64,000 nt of DNA from Octopus vulgaris (lineage: Eukaryota): NCBI GenBank assembly GCA_951406725.2, contig OX597830.1, positions 55,738,001 through 55,802,000 of the forward strand. The letters run 5' to 3'. Below the pieces are notes generated by a model, which had not been told where the DNA came from, made no database searches, and worked only from the letters and a program-made list of their open reading frames with translations. The first letter of the stretch is position 1; every line of letters starts with the position of its first letter. This document shows positions 12,987 through 26,418 of the stretch, piece by piece. The position numbers and the translations under genes were made by a program.

Positions 12987-13301
12987 CTAGCAGTATCGCC
13001 CGGCGTTGCTCGGGTTTGTAAGGGAAATAACTATATAAGCATTTTTAGAGAGTTATAGCCAAAAAATAGCAAAAAAATGCATTAAAAATGCATATAAAAA
13101 GCTTAGATTCTCGACCCCATGTCGAATTTATCGATTTTTTCAGAACTGGGGGAAATTTTCAAAATTTTCGCTGCGTTAGTTTTGAATTATGACATTGGGC
13201 TATGTATGTGTCAAGTTTCATCAGAATCGGTTGAAAGCCGTGGTCAGGGTGAGGGTGCAACCTGACAGACACACAGACAAACTGCCGTTTATATATATAG
13301 A
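12987..13301 (-). mobile_element. Non-autonomous Helitron
   Basis: Minus strand starts TC, ends CTAG, has a GC-rich hairpin CCCGAGCAACGCCGGG near the 3' end, sits between A and T, and carries an internal GTCTGT microrepeat. Confidence 0.75.
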
Positions 13302-13783
13302 TGGTACACTTAAAAGTATCTTAAACAAAAGTAGAAAGAGAGGGGGGGGAATGTGAGAATAACTACAACTACATTGACGTCACAAACTTTACAGCGTTTT
13401 ACGTCATTTCTCTCCCCCATCCCCGGCCCACCTCCAACCGCACCACCAGATAGACACAGACACAACAACATCAACAAAACATATAAAAAACCTTCCAAAC
13501 ATTGAGCTGATAAGAAGCCTGATTAAAAAGACTGATGTCCTTTATCGCACAATAAACAAATAAGTACTAGGGTTCATTCGTTCGACTAAAATTCCTTAAG
13601 GAGTGCTCCAGCATGGCCGCAGTCTAATGAGCGAAACAAGTAAAAAGTAAAAGTTTGAGACACAGAGTGGTGGTGGGGGTCACAGACTGGTTGATAAGTA
13701 GCGACTGAATTTCCCTAATGCGCCAACGTAGACGTGGACAAACAGCATCAAGTCGTCAAGATCGTAGCTAGATAGATTATATA

Positions 13784-13893
13784 GCACTCCGTCGGTTACG
13801 ACGATGAGGGTCCCAGCTGATACGATCAACGGAACAGCTTGCTCGTGGAATTAAACGTGCAAGTGGCTGAGCATTCCACAGACACGTGTACCC

Positions 13894-13895
<2 letters not shown>
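13784..13895 (-). mobile_element. SINE B 3' portion (split by the LINE insertion)
   Basis: Matches 19382-19496; remainder resumes at 18781. Confidence 0.8.
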
Positions 13896-13934
<39 letters not shown>

Positions 13935-13983
13935 TGTGTACAGTGCTCAGGTGCACTACAACTCATCTAAAGTGTATATATAA

Positions 13984-16740
13984 TCAGGTGTAGTTTCGGC
14001 GGATTTCGGAAAGCATGAGGGCCTTAAAGGATGCAGTGTCATGGCAGTCAACAACTGACGCAGGCAGTTTATTCCATGCTTCAGCAACTCTGAGCGTGAA
14101 AAAATGTTTCCGAAAGTCATGGGAGCTGTGTTGTTTTCTGACTTTGTAGGCATGTCCACGTGTGTTAGACACATGGAGATCAAAAAGGTGTTCAGTGTTG
14201 TTGTTGGTGAGGTGGTTGATAACCTTGTGGGTGTTTACCAAGTCCGTCGCCAGACGCCGGAGCTTCAGTGAATCCATGCCCAGGGAAACAAGGCGCTCAG
14301 AATATGGTAGGTGTCTGATGGAGGGTATGCGTTTGGTTGCACGTCTCTGGACAGATTCCAGGAGGTCAATGTTCTGAGCAAGATAGGGATTCCAAACTGA
14401 TGATGCGAATTCCAAGTGTGGTCGTACCATAGCTGTATACAGTTTTAAATAGATGGCTGGAGAGCGGCTAACAAAAGTCTTGCTGAGTGATGCCAAGACA
14501 CCCTCGGCCTTCTTGACAATTTTAGAGATATGCTTTGTCCAACGCAAATCACTGCTGACAGTGATGCCTAGGTCACGCTCGCAAGAGGATTTCTTGATAT
14601 CAGTGTTGTGGAGGGAGTATGTGGACGCAGGGTTTTTTCTCCCAAAATGCATGGTGGTACACTTGTCCACAGCCAGTTTCAGTTGCCAGTCTGTGATCCA
14701 TTGCTGCATTGTGTCTAGGTCTGATTGCAGGAAAGAGTTGTAGACATCAGGATCAGTCCTCTTGATTTCAAGGTACAGCTTGATGTCGTCTGCATATTTC
14801 AATACTGTGGCATTCTTTAAATTGGCATCTATGTCATTAATGTATGCCACAAACAGGAGGGGACCAAGGACAGATCCCTGTGGTACACCCGATGACATCT
14901 CATATGGTGTAGAGTGCTGTCCTAGAACTGTGACTACCTCCTTTCGGCTGAGGATGAAGGATTTCAACCAGTTAAAAAGGTCATCCCCCACACCCATTGC
15001 AGAGAGTTTCACCATAAGCCTTTTGTGTGGCACAGAGTTGAAAGCCTTAGCAAACTCAAGGTAGACAACATCCACCCATGAGCCACTGTCAGTGATCTGA
15101 GTAATGTCCTCAAGGAACTCGACAAGCTGGTCACTGCAGCTGGAGCTAGGGACAAATCCATATTGTGAGGGTCGGATGAGACTGTGAGAGCTCCAGAAGT
15201 TCCAGAGTGTTTCTCTGACACACGATTCCATCAGTTTTGCAATACAGCTAGTGAGACTGACTGGGCGATAGTTGACAGGTGATGTGCGGTCACCCTTTTT
15301 GAACAGAGGAATGACACTGGCAGTTTTCCACTGCTCCGGAGTAGCACCATTGTTGAGACAGTACTGGAAGAAAATAGAAAGCTGGTGTAAAAGGAAGTGC
15401 CTGCCACGTTTGAGAAGCAGGTATGTAACTCCATCGAGACCAGGGGAGGCATAGTTGCGCTTATTTTGAAGGTGACGTCGCAGCATTGCAGATGTAAATT
15501 CCATAGTTGTTATGGAGTTTGCTGTTAGTGATGGTGAAGATGGTACATTTTGACTTTCAACAGTGAATATGTTTGCATAGCACTCGGCAATGAGTTCTGC
15601 GCATTCCTTGGGGTCGTCAGTGATCTGGTTTGTGTGAGGGTTGCGAAGAGGGCCCACTGGAGAGTGAGGTCTCTGCCTTGAATGCACATATTTCCAGAAA
15701 ACCTTGCTGTCAGGATTGGCTGCTATGCACTGTTCAAATTCAAGCACTGCATTTTTTGTCACTTGCTTGAGATGGTTGGAGGATTTATTCCGCTTCTTCC
15801 GGTTGGTGTCTGATTTATGCAACTTGTATTCCTGTTCAGCAGTCCGACGTTCCTTCCTGGCAAGTCGGACCGCTGAAGTTTCCCAAATTGCCCTTTTGGG
15901 GCGGTTCTTCTTTTTTTGTTTACGTGGCACTGATGCTGCACATGCTGCCCATATTGAGTCCAGGATACTCTGGAGTATAGTATTCACATCTCCAGAGTTG
16001 TAGAATTCACGCCAGTTTGGGTGCTGTAGTTCAGTGTGGTACAGGTTCCAATCTGCTCTCTTCCAATCGAAGGAAGCAGATTGGAGATGGTTCAGGTGTT
16101 TGTTGCCCGCAAGAGCCAGATTGGCGATGATCATAGCATGATCAGAGTCACCTAGAGGTTCCTCCGTAGTGCAATTGATAACCGCTTCAGGAGTTGTGGT
16201 GAAGAGCAGGTCCAAGGTGTTGTCGCCTCTTGTTGGAGAGGTGACTACTTGTGACCAGTTTGAGTCCAGCACAAGCTCAACAAAATCGTTTGCACTCTGT
16301 GGCCAATGGAAGGTTTCCCAATCGATCTCAGGATGATTGAAATCGCCTGCAATAAACACATAAGTGGCTGTTTTCCTGGCAGCAGCTCGGAGGATGTTGC
16401 AAAGCTGTGTCCTGATGGTAATTTGGGGGACGATAAACAACGCCAAGCAGGAGTGTTGACATGGTCATACGTACGTCACAGAAAAAACTTCTTCTTGTGA
16501 TTCGTTCAAATCGGCACAAGGAATTACCAAAAAATTTGAACGAACGTAGACCATCACACCACCACCACGGCGGTTAGTGCGGTCCTTACGGAAGAGGTTG
16601 TACCCCGTAATGTTGAAAACCCCATCACAGAGTAAGGAATGCGCCCATGTTTCCGTGACAGTGATGAAGTCAGGGTCAATACTTCTGCATTAAGGACAAC
16701 AATTTGTACCCTGCTCGCAGTTTATGATGGTGTGCAGAGG
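13984..16740 (-). pseudogene. LINE ORF2, AP endonuclease plus reverse transcriptase; N-terminus frameshifted, 820-aa open part 13984-16446
   Basis: TVTETW, GGGV, VYRPP (different frame), GDFN, LDL, SDH; NYRPVSL, GVPQGSVLGP, YADD, RDLG; motif A reads YLEFAKAFN instead of YLDFxKAFD. Confidence 0.92.
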
Positions 16741-16758
16741 ATGGCAGGTTGTCCTGGC

Positions 16759-17976
16759 TTAGTTTCCCTGAGTTGCTGTAGTCTTTTTAGTTATTGTGGG
16801 TAGAGAGCACTCAGACCAGCTGGTATCTCTCTTCCACGTTTCATCACTCTTGACAAATCTCCAGATTTGTCCATCTTCCCGAAGACTGAAGCTTTCCTGT
16901 AGAGCTGAGTTCCTATTCAGGGAAGCCGCTACACGTAGCTTCGGACGTACATCGGACGGTAAGCCTGGGTGTGTTCGGAAGGTGGTCCGATTTTCACGCC
17001 CAGCTTTAACTGAGGCCAGATGGTAAGAGGTTGCCTCAGTGTGGTCCGAAAAAGACAGCTTGATGAGCCTAGGTTTTGGGCCAGGTCGTCCAAGGCGGAT
17101 AGCACCCGTTGGGGGAACGCAGCCTAGGTCTTTGGCTGAGTTGGCAGCAAATGCCTGAAGATCAGCCATGTCTTCTGGCACCCCAATGGCAATGACTTCA
17201 TGGGTAGCAGAATCCGCGGTCTTAAATGCGACAAGAGGTACAGGTACAGGGAGGTTCTTTAGCAGAGCATTCCGATAAGACCCCTCATTGTGGAGTCCAA
17301 CCTGAATGGTTGCTTTTATTCCTGCTACTTCCCCTCTTAAAGCACAGATCGATTGTTGCAGTTCTGCAAGAACCGCACTGGTCAATTGGTGTTGTTGTTG
17401 TTGCTGCTGCTGCTCTGGTTGTGGTTGATTTTGTTGTTGCTGCTGTTGTTGTTGATGTTGTTGTTGCTGCTGCTCTGGTTGTGGTTGATTTTGTTGTTGC
17501 TGCTGTTGTTGTTGTTGCTGCTGCTCTGGTTGTGGTTGATTTTGTTGTTGCTGCTGTTGTTGTTGTTGCTGCTGCTGCTGCTCTAGCTGTGGTTGATTTT
17601 GTTGTTGCTGCTGTTGCTGTTCCGCCTCCTCCACGGGAGTGGAAGGGGGAGACACAATCGTCGGTTGTGGAGGCACGCAGGCCTGACACTGAAAAGTCCA
17701 AGATTTAAGCTGAACCATCTTCCAGAGTCTATCCATCATAGCATTATGATGGCTCTTTTTTTGGCCTGGGATCTTCTGAAAGTCCGTGGCACATTGGAGG
17801 CAGACAGAGATGAGGCATGTCCCACATTCGACCCAGCGATTACGGAACGTATTTTCGGGTTCCGTACAGATGTGGCAGGTGTGATTTTCTGGGCAGTGTT
17901 CTATTTTGGAGCAGCGACCAGTCTTATCGCACGCCGCTATGGATTCCACCATGGCGATTCTGTTGCTCCTGGTCAT
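16759..17976 (-). CDS. LINE ORF1p: PHD-like finger, polyQ repeats, coiled coil, RRM-like domain
   Basis: CHIC..CGTC..CLQC..CQAC; IAIGVPE..IRLGRPGPKPRLIKLSF; open 405 aa directly upstream of ORF2. Confidence 0.85.
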   Translation of the reverse strand: MTRSNRIAMVESIAACDKTGRCSKIEHCPENHTCHICTEPENTFRNRWVECGTCLISVCLQCATDFQKIPGQKKSHHNAMMDRLWKMVQLKSWTFQCQACVPPQPTIVSPPSTPVEEAEQQQQQQQNQPQLEQQQQQQQQQQQQQNQPQPEQQQQQQQQQQQNQPQPEQQQQQHQQQQQQQQNQPQPEQQQQQQQHQLTSAVLAELQQSICALRGEVAGIKATIQVGLHNEGSYRNALLKNLPVPVPLVAFKTADSATHEVIAIGVPEDMADLQAFAANSAKDLGCVPPTGAIRLGRPGPKPRLIKLSFSDHTEATSYHLASVKAGRENRTTFRTHPGLPSDVRPKLRVAASLNRNSALQESFSLREDGQIWRFVKSDETWKRDTSWSECSLPTITKKTTATQGN

Positions 17977-18649
17977 CCGTAGAGACAGAAAATGTAAACA
18001 ACAATACGATAAAAGTAAAATATAAAATATTTGTTTTTGATTCGTTCTTTTTTTGTGTATATTCCTTTTGTTCTTAAATATTGCGTGTGTATATACACAT
18101 GTTTCGTTCTTTTTTGTGTATATTCCTTTTTTTCTTAAATATTGCGTGTGTATACATGAAAGGATTTGTGCGTATGTTTAGTGTAGACACGGAGAAAGTT
18201 TGTAAACAGAAATGAAATCAGTGATTTTTTGATTTTTTTTTGCAGTGTAGTCCGTCACATTAAATAGTGTGATTTATTTTCACTCTGCACGTATATATAT
18301 GTGTGCTACAAGTATCTATGTATGTATGTATGTCACTGCTTTATAAATTTTGGACGTACTTACTGTCGTTCAACGTTTTCTTTTACCCTCAACTACACGT
18401 GGTGAATTCTTCCATTGTAGATCTGTGGTGGTCATCGTCGTAATATTTTCTCTTTAGTTTCCTCGCCAAATTGATTATACCCTAATCAAACCATTTGTTT
18501 GTCTACTTGTGAATGTGTCTTTGTTTTAGTAACATTGTATTTTCCTCCTTTTCCTTTTTCATTCCCATATTATATGGAACTTCGGTGGACAGCTACTCTA
18601 AGACTCCAGCTGCCAGGTCGCCATTAAACAGGATATATATATATATATA

Positions 18650-18783
18650 TACGACGGGCTTCTTTCAGTTTCTGTCTACCAAATCCACTCACAAGGCTTT
18701 GGTCGGCCCAAGGCTATGGTAGAAGACACTTGTCCAAGGTGCCACGCTATGAGACTGAACCCAGAACCATGTGGTTGGTAAGC
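18650..18783 (-). mobile_element. SINE A 5' half
   Basis: Reverse complement of ~773-908. Confidence 0.8.
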
Positions 18784-19026
18784 GTGACACAGAGTATGAC
18801 AAGGCCGGCCCTTTGAAATACAAGTACAACAGAAACAGGAAGAAAGAGTGAGAGAAAGTTGTGGTGAAAGAGTACAGCAGGGTTCACCACCACCCCCTGC
18901 AGGAGCCTTGTGAAGCTTTAGGTGTTTTCGCTCAATAAACACTCACAATGTCCGATCTGGGAATCGAAACCGCGATCCTACGACCGCGAGTCCGCTGCCC
19001 TAACCACTGGGCCATTGCGCCTCCAC
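18781..19026 (-). mobile_element. SINE B 5' portion
   Basis: Head GGCGCAATGGCCCAGTGGTTAGGGCAGCGG..TTCGATTCCC on minus. Confidence 0.85.
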
Positions 19027-19029
19027 AGC

Positions 19030-19260
19030 TAGATAGAATATTCTGTAGGTCAGTAGACAGGATATCCATAATTCAAAGTTGTTGGTTACACAGGCCACAA
19101 ATTTGTGATTTTCACTGTTGACATAGATAGACGGCATAAACAAGATTCCTGGAAACTGAATACGTCTTTCTGGGTGTACCAAGTTTACAGAAACTGGATT
19201 AGAGAACTGATTAAGAGTGAATTAATGGTGGCAAACATCAACAACCGATGGTGATTATCC
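19030..19260 (+). mobile_element. Tx1-like LINE fragment
   Basis: Similar to ~21560-21800 (CACAAATTTGTGAT..TGGAA.CTGAAT). Confidence 0.55.
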
Positions 19261-19366
19261 CCGAAAAGGGTTATTAGAACTGATTCGATTAGGTTTAGGA
19301 AGAAAATAGAAAATTCTAGAGTAGACATAGAAAGTTAGTAGCCTAGAAGAGCCGTTGCTGACTTGT

Positions 19367-19760
19367 TTTTTTTTTTTTGGAAGCACTCCGTCGGTTACGA
19401 CGACGAGGGTTCCGGTTGATCCGAATCGACGGAACAGCCTGCTCGTGAAATTAACGTGTAAGTGGCTGAGCACTCCACAGACACGTGTACCCTTAACGTA
19501 GTTCTCGGGGATATTCAGCGTGACACAGAGAGTGACAAGGCCGGCCCTTTGAAATACAGGTACAACAGAAACAGGAAGTAAGAGTGAGAGAAAGTTGTGG
19601 TGAAAGAGTACAGCAGTGATCACCATCATCCCCTTCCGGAGCCTCGTGGAGCTTTAGGTGTTTTCGCTCAATAAACACTCACAACGCCCGGTCTGGGAAT
19701 CGAAACCGCGATCCTATGACCGCGAGTCCGCTGCCCTAACCACTGGGCCATTGCGCCTCC
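19367..19760 (-). mobile_element. Full-length SINE B with poly(A) tail and 11-bp TSD
   Basis: TGCTGACTTGT at 19356-19366 and 19761-19771; T-run 19366-19378. Confidence 0.92.
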
Positions 19761-20139
19761 TGCTGACTTGTAGAGTTATGTCGAACAGCTGCTATCACGC
19801 GGAGGATGGATTCGGCCGAGATCGCCCCCCACCGTCTTCTTTTGGTTGGGAAAGGGCAAGCAGTTTTTCTCTGTCAGGTGAAAAAGGTTGTGTGGTAGAA
19901 GAGACTGAAAAGACAGGGTAACGCCGTTAGTAGGAGAATTTAGGAAGATAAAGGAGGATGAGATATTGTAACTGAATGGATCAGGGGAAGTTAAGATAAA
20001 GGAAATTAAGAGAGGGTAAAAGTGGTTAAGAACAAGACAAGAGAAGGTGAAAAAAAAAGAAAGAGTAGAAAATGAAAAATGAAAATTTTTTTAAATTTTA
20101 AAAATTAAGAAAATGAAAAAGTGTGAAAGGGCTTTTGTA

Positions 20140-20352
20140 GCTTGTTTGTCCCCTCTGTGTGTAGCCCCTTGTGGGTACTAAAGAAATAGGTATTTCATCT
20201 GTCTTTACGTTCTGAGTTCAAATGCCTTCGAGGTCGACATTGCTTTTCATTCTTTCGGGGTCAGTAAAATAAGTGCAAGTTGAACAACGGGGTCGTTGTA
20301 ATCGACTTATTCCATCCACCAAGGTTGCTGGCCTTGTGCCAAAATTTGAAAC
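20140..20352 (+). mobile_element. SINE C tail joined to a headless unit
   Basis: Same AAGAAATAGGTATTTC junction as at ~11670. Confidence 0.75.
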
Positions 20353-20715
20353 CATCCGACCGTGAGCCTATAGTACAAAGGAATGCGAACAATTTCCAAA
20401 ATAATCGCGTTTTTTAACTGGTCTTAATTACCGAACGGTTTTAAGACACTTAATATTTGGCAGTTAACTTGAAGTTTGATATGCGCTCTGGTGAACACGT
20501 GGTGTTGTAACCAACGCTACGAACATCGGAAAGCTCTAAATTTGCTTACTTCTTTTTAATATTGCTTTTCGACTACATTTATTAGGTGGGGAAAGTAAGA
20601 TTTAATGTCATTCTGGCAATTTCTGTTCTTTAAATAGTTACACATAAATATCATATTTATATTTTTAAACTGGTGCCATTTACTACAATTACACCGAGAA
20701 GAACATATATATTTT

Positions 20716-20719
<4 letters not shown>

Positions 20720-20755
<36 letters not shown>

Positions 20756-20980
20756 ACGCATGCACGCACCCACGCACACACACACTCACACACACACACT
20801 CACACACACACACTCACACACACACACGCACGCACGCACACACACACATACACACTCACACACACACACACACTCACACACACTCACACACACACTCACA
20901 CACACACACACACGCACACACACTCAGAGTCACACACACACACTCACACACACTCACACTCACGCACACACACGCACACA

Positions 20981-21022
<42 letters not shown>

Positions 21023-21067
21023 CACACACACACACGCACACACACACAGAGTCACACACACACACAC

Positions 21068-21115
<48 letters not shown>
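20720..21115. repeat. Imperfect (CA)n tract
   Basis: Direct inspection. Confidence 0.95.
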
Positions 21116-21117
<2 letters not shown>

Positions 21118-21232
21118 CAAAATTAACCGTTTCTTAATGATAACGATGATCTCTTGTTTCAGGCTTTCTTTGATCTCGCGTACGTTTTTACGTTATATTC
21201 ATTTTCTAATTCTGTCTCTGTCTGTCGATCGG

Positions 21233-21264
<32 letters not shown>

Positions 21265-21275
21265 GCTCTCTCTCC

Positions 21276-21323
<48 letters not shown>

Positions 21324-21358
21324 TGTTAAATAATAAGTGACAATTATTCAGTAGCCAA

Positions 21359-21422
21359 GATAAAACTCTGAGTTTCGGATGCCGAGGTGGAAATCCACAC
21401 CACCACTATCTCTTCGGTTATC
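21359..21422 (-). ncRNA. Type I hammerhead-like motif, CCGAAGA core
   Basis: GATAA-CCGAAGA-GAT..ATCC-GAAAC-TCAGA-GTT-TTATC. Confidence 0.55.
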
Positions 21423-21529
21423 TGGCCATCTGAAAAACGCTTTGAAAAAAGACCGTTAAACGTCTCGAAAACCTGCTCATGACTTTCCAGCTTTCTGACA
21501 GGCACCGCCTGGATTTCCCTGATGTGCCA

Positions 21530-23370
21530 GCGTGGACATGGAACAACCACAACGTGTCATCCAGATCATATTTAGAGTATTTGTTAGGTCAGAGGATAGC
21601 GGTAGCATAGGCTGTCCACAATTTAAATTGGTCGGCAACACAGATCACAAATTTGTGATATGCCCAGTCGATTTAGATAGGACCCGTAGACATAGACCCG
21701 CTTACTGGAAGTTGAATGTGTCCTTTACCGGCTCGCAAAGACTACAGGGACCGGATTAGCGAACTAGTTAAGCGGCGGTTGACGAAGGCAATCGTCATCA
21801 ACCTGTGGTGGATCGCTCTGAAGAGAGTGATTATAGTAGAAACGATAGTGTTTAGCAAAGATTTAGCAATAGAGAGAAATAGATTAGAGGGAGAACTAAT
21901 TAGCAAACTAGTAGAGGCTATTAGTGAAGGCATTGCAACCGACGTGTTAGCGGCGAGAATAACCCTTGACCATTTCTTTGAGGCGAAACACGAAGGGTGC
22001 GTTATCAGAGCTAAGGAACTAAAGCCATCCGATGGGCCTGAACGGTAGAGACGCGACGTGAAAACAAAACCACGGTCAAGTCTTTGACGGAGCAGAACGG
22101 GTGCGTGTTATTTGGTTCTGGGCAGATTTGTGCGGCTTTCCAGTAGCACTTTGCGCGGTTGTTTGGGGAGAGTAATGAGTCGACAACGGTAGCGGTGTTT
22201 ACTTCGAACTTGGACTGCCTACCACGATTCTCGGTTACGGACACGAGATACTGCGAAAAGCCGTTTACAGCCACTGAGGCGATGAGCAATTGCACAAGTC
22301 GCAACTCGCCCTCCAGTTTGAAAGGTTTGTCCTGCGAATTCTATGTATTCATGCCAGATTTGTTTGGCAGCCTTTTGGCAGATGTTTATTGTAACTGGCA
22401 GCAGAACAGAAAAATTCCTAGTGTTGTTAGCCGGGGTGTGGTAACGCTGCTGAGAAAGGATGCCGACAATGGGGACGTGCTAGGGAATTCTCGGCTCATA
22501 ACTCTGCTAAGCACAGAGTTTAAGATTCTGGCCACGGTGTTAGCGAAAAGATCGGCGCTTGTCGTCGGTAATCTGGTCGGGAAGGCACAAACATGCCCAA
22601 TGCTGAGGAGATTTATCTAAGACAACCTCCACCATATGCGATACATCGTAGAGCGGGTTAGAACTAAAGCTGGCTTCGGTGGGGCCCTGATCAATTTAGA
22701 TCAGCCGATATCTTTCAATAGAGTCGACTATCGCTACTAGGAAGTCGTCCTTAAAGCGGCCGGTTTCAGACCTTTTCAGAGGCTGGATTGCTGCAGTGCT
22801 CAGCCACTCGTGCTCGGCGGTCAAAGTAAATGGCCATCTACCGGAACCGTTTAGTATCGCACGTTCGGTCCGTCAGGGCTGCCCGTTGTCTCCTCTTCTG
22901 TGTATGTTGGCTCTCGAACCACTGCTGTAGAAGTTGGAACAGTTAAGCGGCCTCTTCCCTTTTGAAATTGGACTCGAGAGGGCAACGTCGGCGTACGTAG
23001 ACGACGTCACCGTCATGGTATCGGACGCCTCCGAAGTGGAGACTGTCGGCTCCACTGTAAGGGAACATGAGTCGGTTGCAGGGGCCAAAATCAACGTCGA
23101 AAAGTCGGTGGGATTGCGACTGGGCATTTGGAGAAACAGATCGATGCCGTCGGACACTGGACTTATAGACCAGTTAAAATGCTCGGGGTCTGGTGCAATC
23201 CCGACCTCCAGGTGGATAAGAATTGGGAAGAGATGACGAACAGGGTGGCCTGTCTTACTCAGAAACAGGCAGAGAGGAAGGTGTCCCTGAAAGTCGGGCA
23301 GAGGTGGCGAATGCCTACATTGACTCTGTCATTATTTATCATCTGACCGCCGTACCTTATCCCAGTTCCT
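21530..23370 (+). pseudogene. Tx1/L1-like LINE ORF2 fossil (end of endonuclease, RT)
   Basis: TDHKFV, YWKLN, RLITLLSTEFKILATVLAKR, SVRQGCPLSPLL, SAYVDDVT, GAKINVEKS; many stops and frameshifts. Confidence 0.88.
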
Positions 23371-23817
23371 GCTCGGTTAGTAAAGAAATAAAAAGAGATC
23401 ATCATCATCATCATCGTCATCATCATTATTCTTCTCCTCCTCCTTCTAAACTTATAAAGCAGCCGATGATATTGTTGACCTTTGCTCAACAAGCTTTATC
23501 AGTTATAGATTAGCGTATTTGCCGGAACCATAGCAGATAACTATGATCTATTTGTGATAACTAGACACAAGAGATATTTGTCTCACTCATAAGTACATGT
23601 TATGTTATTGATGGCGTATATCGTATGTTACTGATAACTACAACAACCACAAAAGAATTACAAAGGTCACAATATCTTTGTTTGGAGGGAAGAAACCTGA
23701 ATAGATAATAGCCTGTAGAATACTGGGTCGGAAGTAAACACAGATCTTGATTGGATAAAAGGTGAAGGCTTCCCGTGCAACAGAAACCCACATCTTTTGT
23801 TAACATGACAGACGTGC

Positions 23818-24110
23818 CAGCCATTCTGGAGCACTGCCTTGAAGGGGTTTAGTCAAACAAATCGGCCCCTACTTACGTTTTTGTTTTAAGCCTGGTATTT
23901 AGCCCATCGACCTCTTTTGCCGAACCGTTAAGTTATGAGGACGAAAAAAAAAACAAACCCAGTCATCAAGCGATGGGGGAATGGGTGACAAACACAGACA
24001 CAAAGAAACACATATATAGACCTATCAACCAAACTCACTTGCAAGGCATTAGTCGGTCGCAGGCTATAATCCGAAGTGCCGCACAGTGGATCTAAAGCTA
24101 AAACCACGAA
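23818..24110 (-). mobile_element. Old, diverged SINE A
   Basis: CTCTTTTGCCGAACCGTTAAGTTA and other SINE A blocks. Confidence 0.65.
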
Positions 24111-24788
24111 GTGTGAAATATACCACCTGTGGGTTAGATCTGACTGGCAACAATGTTCAGGCTAGTTCCCGGTTCAATTGAAAAATCATTTTAATTCTAA
24201 AATATTTTATGAAATATAGTTACACTGGTTCTGATTAAATCAAATAAATGCACCTTAGGGAAATTTTGGTAACTCAAGCCAATGAAAAAAAGCATATGAA
24301 TTCATATGCTAAAAGCTGTGATCTATTTTCCCTTCACTTAGCCTATACATGTCAAACCAAAAAGAAGTTTGGTTTTCTTTTAAATTTACGCATGCGCGAA
24401 TGGAACGTGATAATATGAACCATACTGAAAAGTTTGGCAACTGAAACAGTACAAGCATTCTGTAAAGTATTGGTCTTCTAAATAACCCTTAGTATTCATT
24501 TGGAGAATCTCTATTTCCGTTGTTACACTTATTTAACAGTGCTTTATACAAACAATATGAATGAGTTTTCCCCACATACATAGTTTCGTTATCATAGATG
24601 CACAGGACTACGCAACAAGAGATTTGCATAAAATCACATACACATTTGGAATACACACGCGAACGCGTACACACACACATAAACAGTAATGAAACATAAA
24701 CAGTTGTGTACATAAAGAACGTGCTCCAACTAAAAAACCGCAAGTTTATCTACACACATACAAATGCATATCAAACATACATAAATTG

Positions 24789-25208
24789 TTGGCACTCCGT
24801 CACTTACGACGACGAGGGTTCCAGTTGATCCGATCAACGGAACAGCCTGCTCGTGAAATTAACGTGCAAGTGGCTGAACACTCCACAGACACGTGTACCT
24901 TTAATGTAGTTCTCGGGGAGATTCAGCGTGACACAGAGTGTGACAAGGCTGGCCCTTTAAAATACAGATGCAACAGATACCAACAAGCCCAGAGGCAGGT
25001 GAAGTGCAAGGTATCCGGCTCAGTAGAGCAGCAGGTTTAGTATACAAGAAAGAGCGAGAGAAAGTTGTGGTGAAAGAGTACAGCAGGGTTCGCCACCATC
25101 CTCTGCCGGAGCCTCGTGGAGCTTTAGGTGTCTTCGCTCAATAAACACTCACCGTGATCCTATGACCGCGAGTCCGCAGCCCTAACCACTGGGGTATTGC
25201 GCCTCCAC
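24789..25208 (-). mobile_element. SINE B with a 73-bp foreign insert
   Basis: Matches 19379-19760 except 24976-25048. Confidence 0.85.
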
Positions 25209-25357
25209 TGCATAGTCATATTAACCACAATAACGAAGAATTGCGCCTCCACACGTACATAAATACATACATGATTATATACGTACATACACACATACAT
25301 GATGGCTGTCAACTCGTTAGACGAGTATGATCATCGCTAACAGGTATTGTCAGTATG

Positions 25358-25588
25358 AAGGCGGCGAGCTGGTAGAATCGTTAGAACGCCGGGCGAGATG
25401 CTTAGCGGTATTTTGTCTGCCACTACGTTCTGAGTTCAAATTCCGCTGAGTCGACTTTGCCTTTCATCCTTTCGGGGTCGATTAAATTGGTACCAATTAC
25501 GCACTGGGGTCGATGTAATCGACTTAATCCGTTTGTCTGTCCTTGTTTGTCCTCTCTGCGTTTAGCCCCTTGTGGGTAGTTAAGAAAT
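25358..25588 (+). mobile_element. Full-length SINE C with 16-bp flanking direct repeat
   Basis: AGGTATTGTCAGTATG at 25342-25357 and 25589-25604. Confidence 0.9.
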
Positions 25589-25889
25589 AGGTATTGTCAG
25601 TATGCTTGCGCAAGGGTTTTATGTAGAGTGCGGTTAGCACAACACCATATCGACTCTTACTCGCGATACCAACAAGACCAGAGGCAGGTGAAGTGCAGGG
25701 TATCCGGCTCAGTAGAGCAGCAGGTTTAGTATACAAGTTAGCCTTCTCCTAGAAGAATGCCGTGACAAAGACCAGGGGTTTGTTGCATCCTCGAACGCCC
25801 TCCAGTGGGCTTACTGCATCCTCGGACGCCAACCCGAGTATTTCTACATCCCGGTACACATACATGCATACATACATACATACATACAA

Positions 25890-26418
<529 letters not shown>

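Larger units (their letters stand above)
13896..18300 (-). mobile_element. Near full-length CR1-group LINE (5' boundary uncertain)
   Basis: ORF1 plus APE-RT ORF2, short 3' UTR, (ATT)n tail; ~60-bp tandem duplication in 5' UTR near 18041-18155. Confidence 0.9.

Noticed and set aside
13984-16446. Active LINE ORF2
   Set aside because: Endonuclease N-terminus frameshifted and RT motif A Asp replaced by Glu
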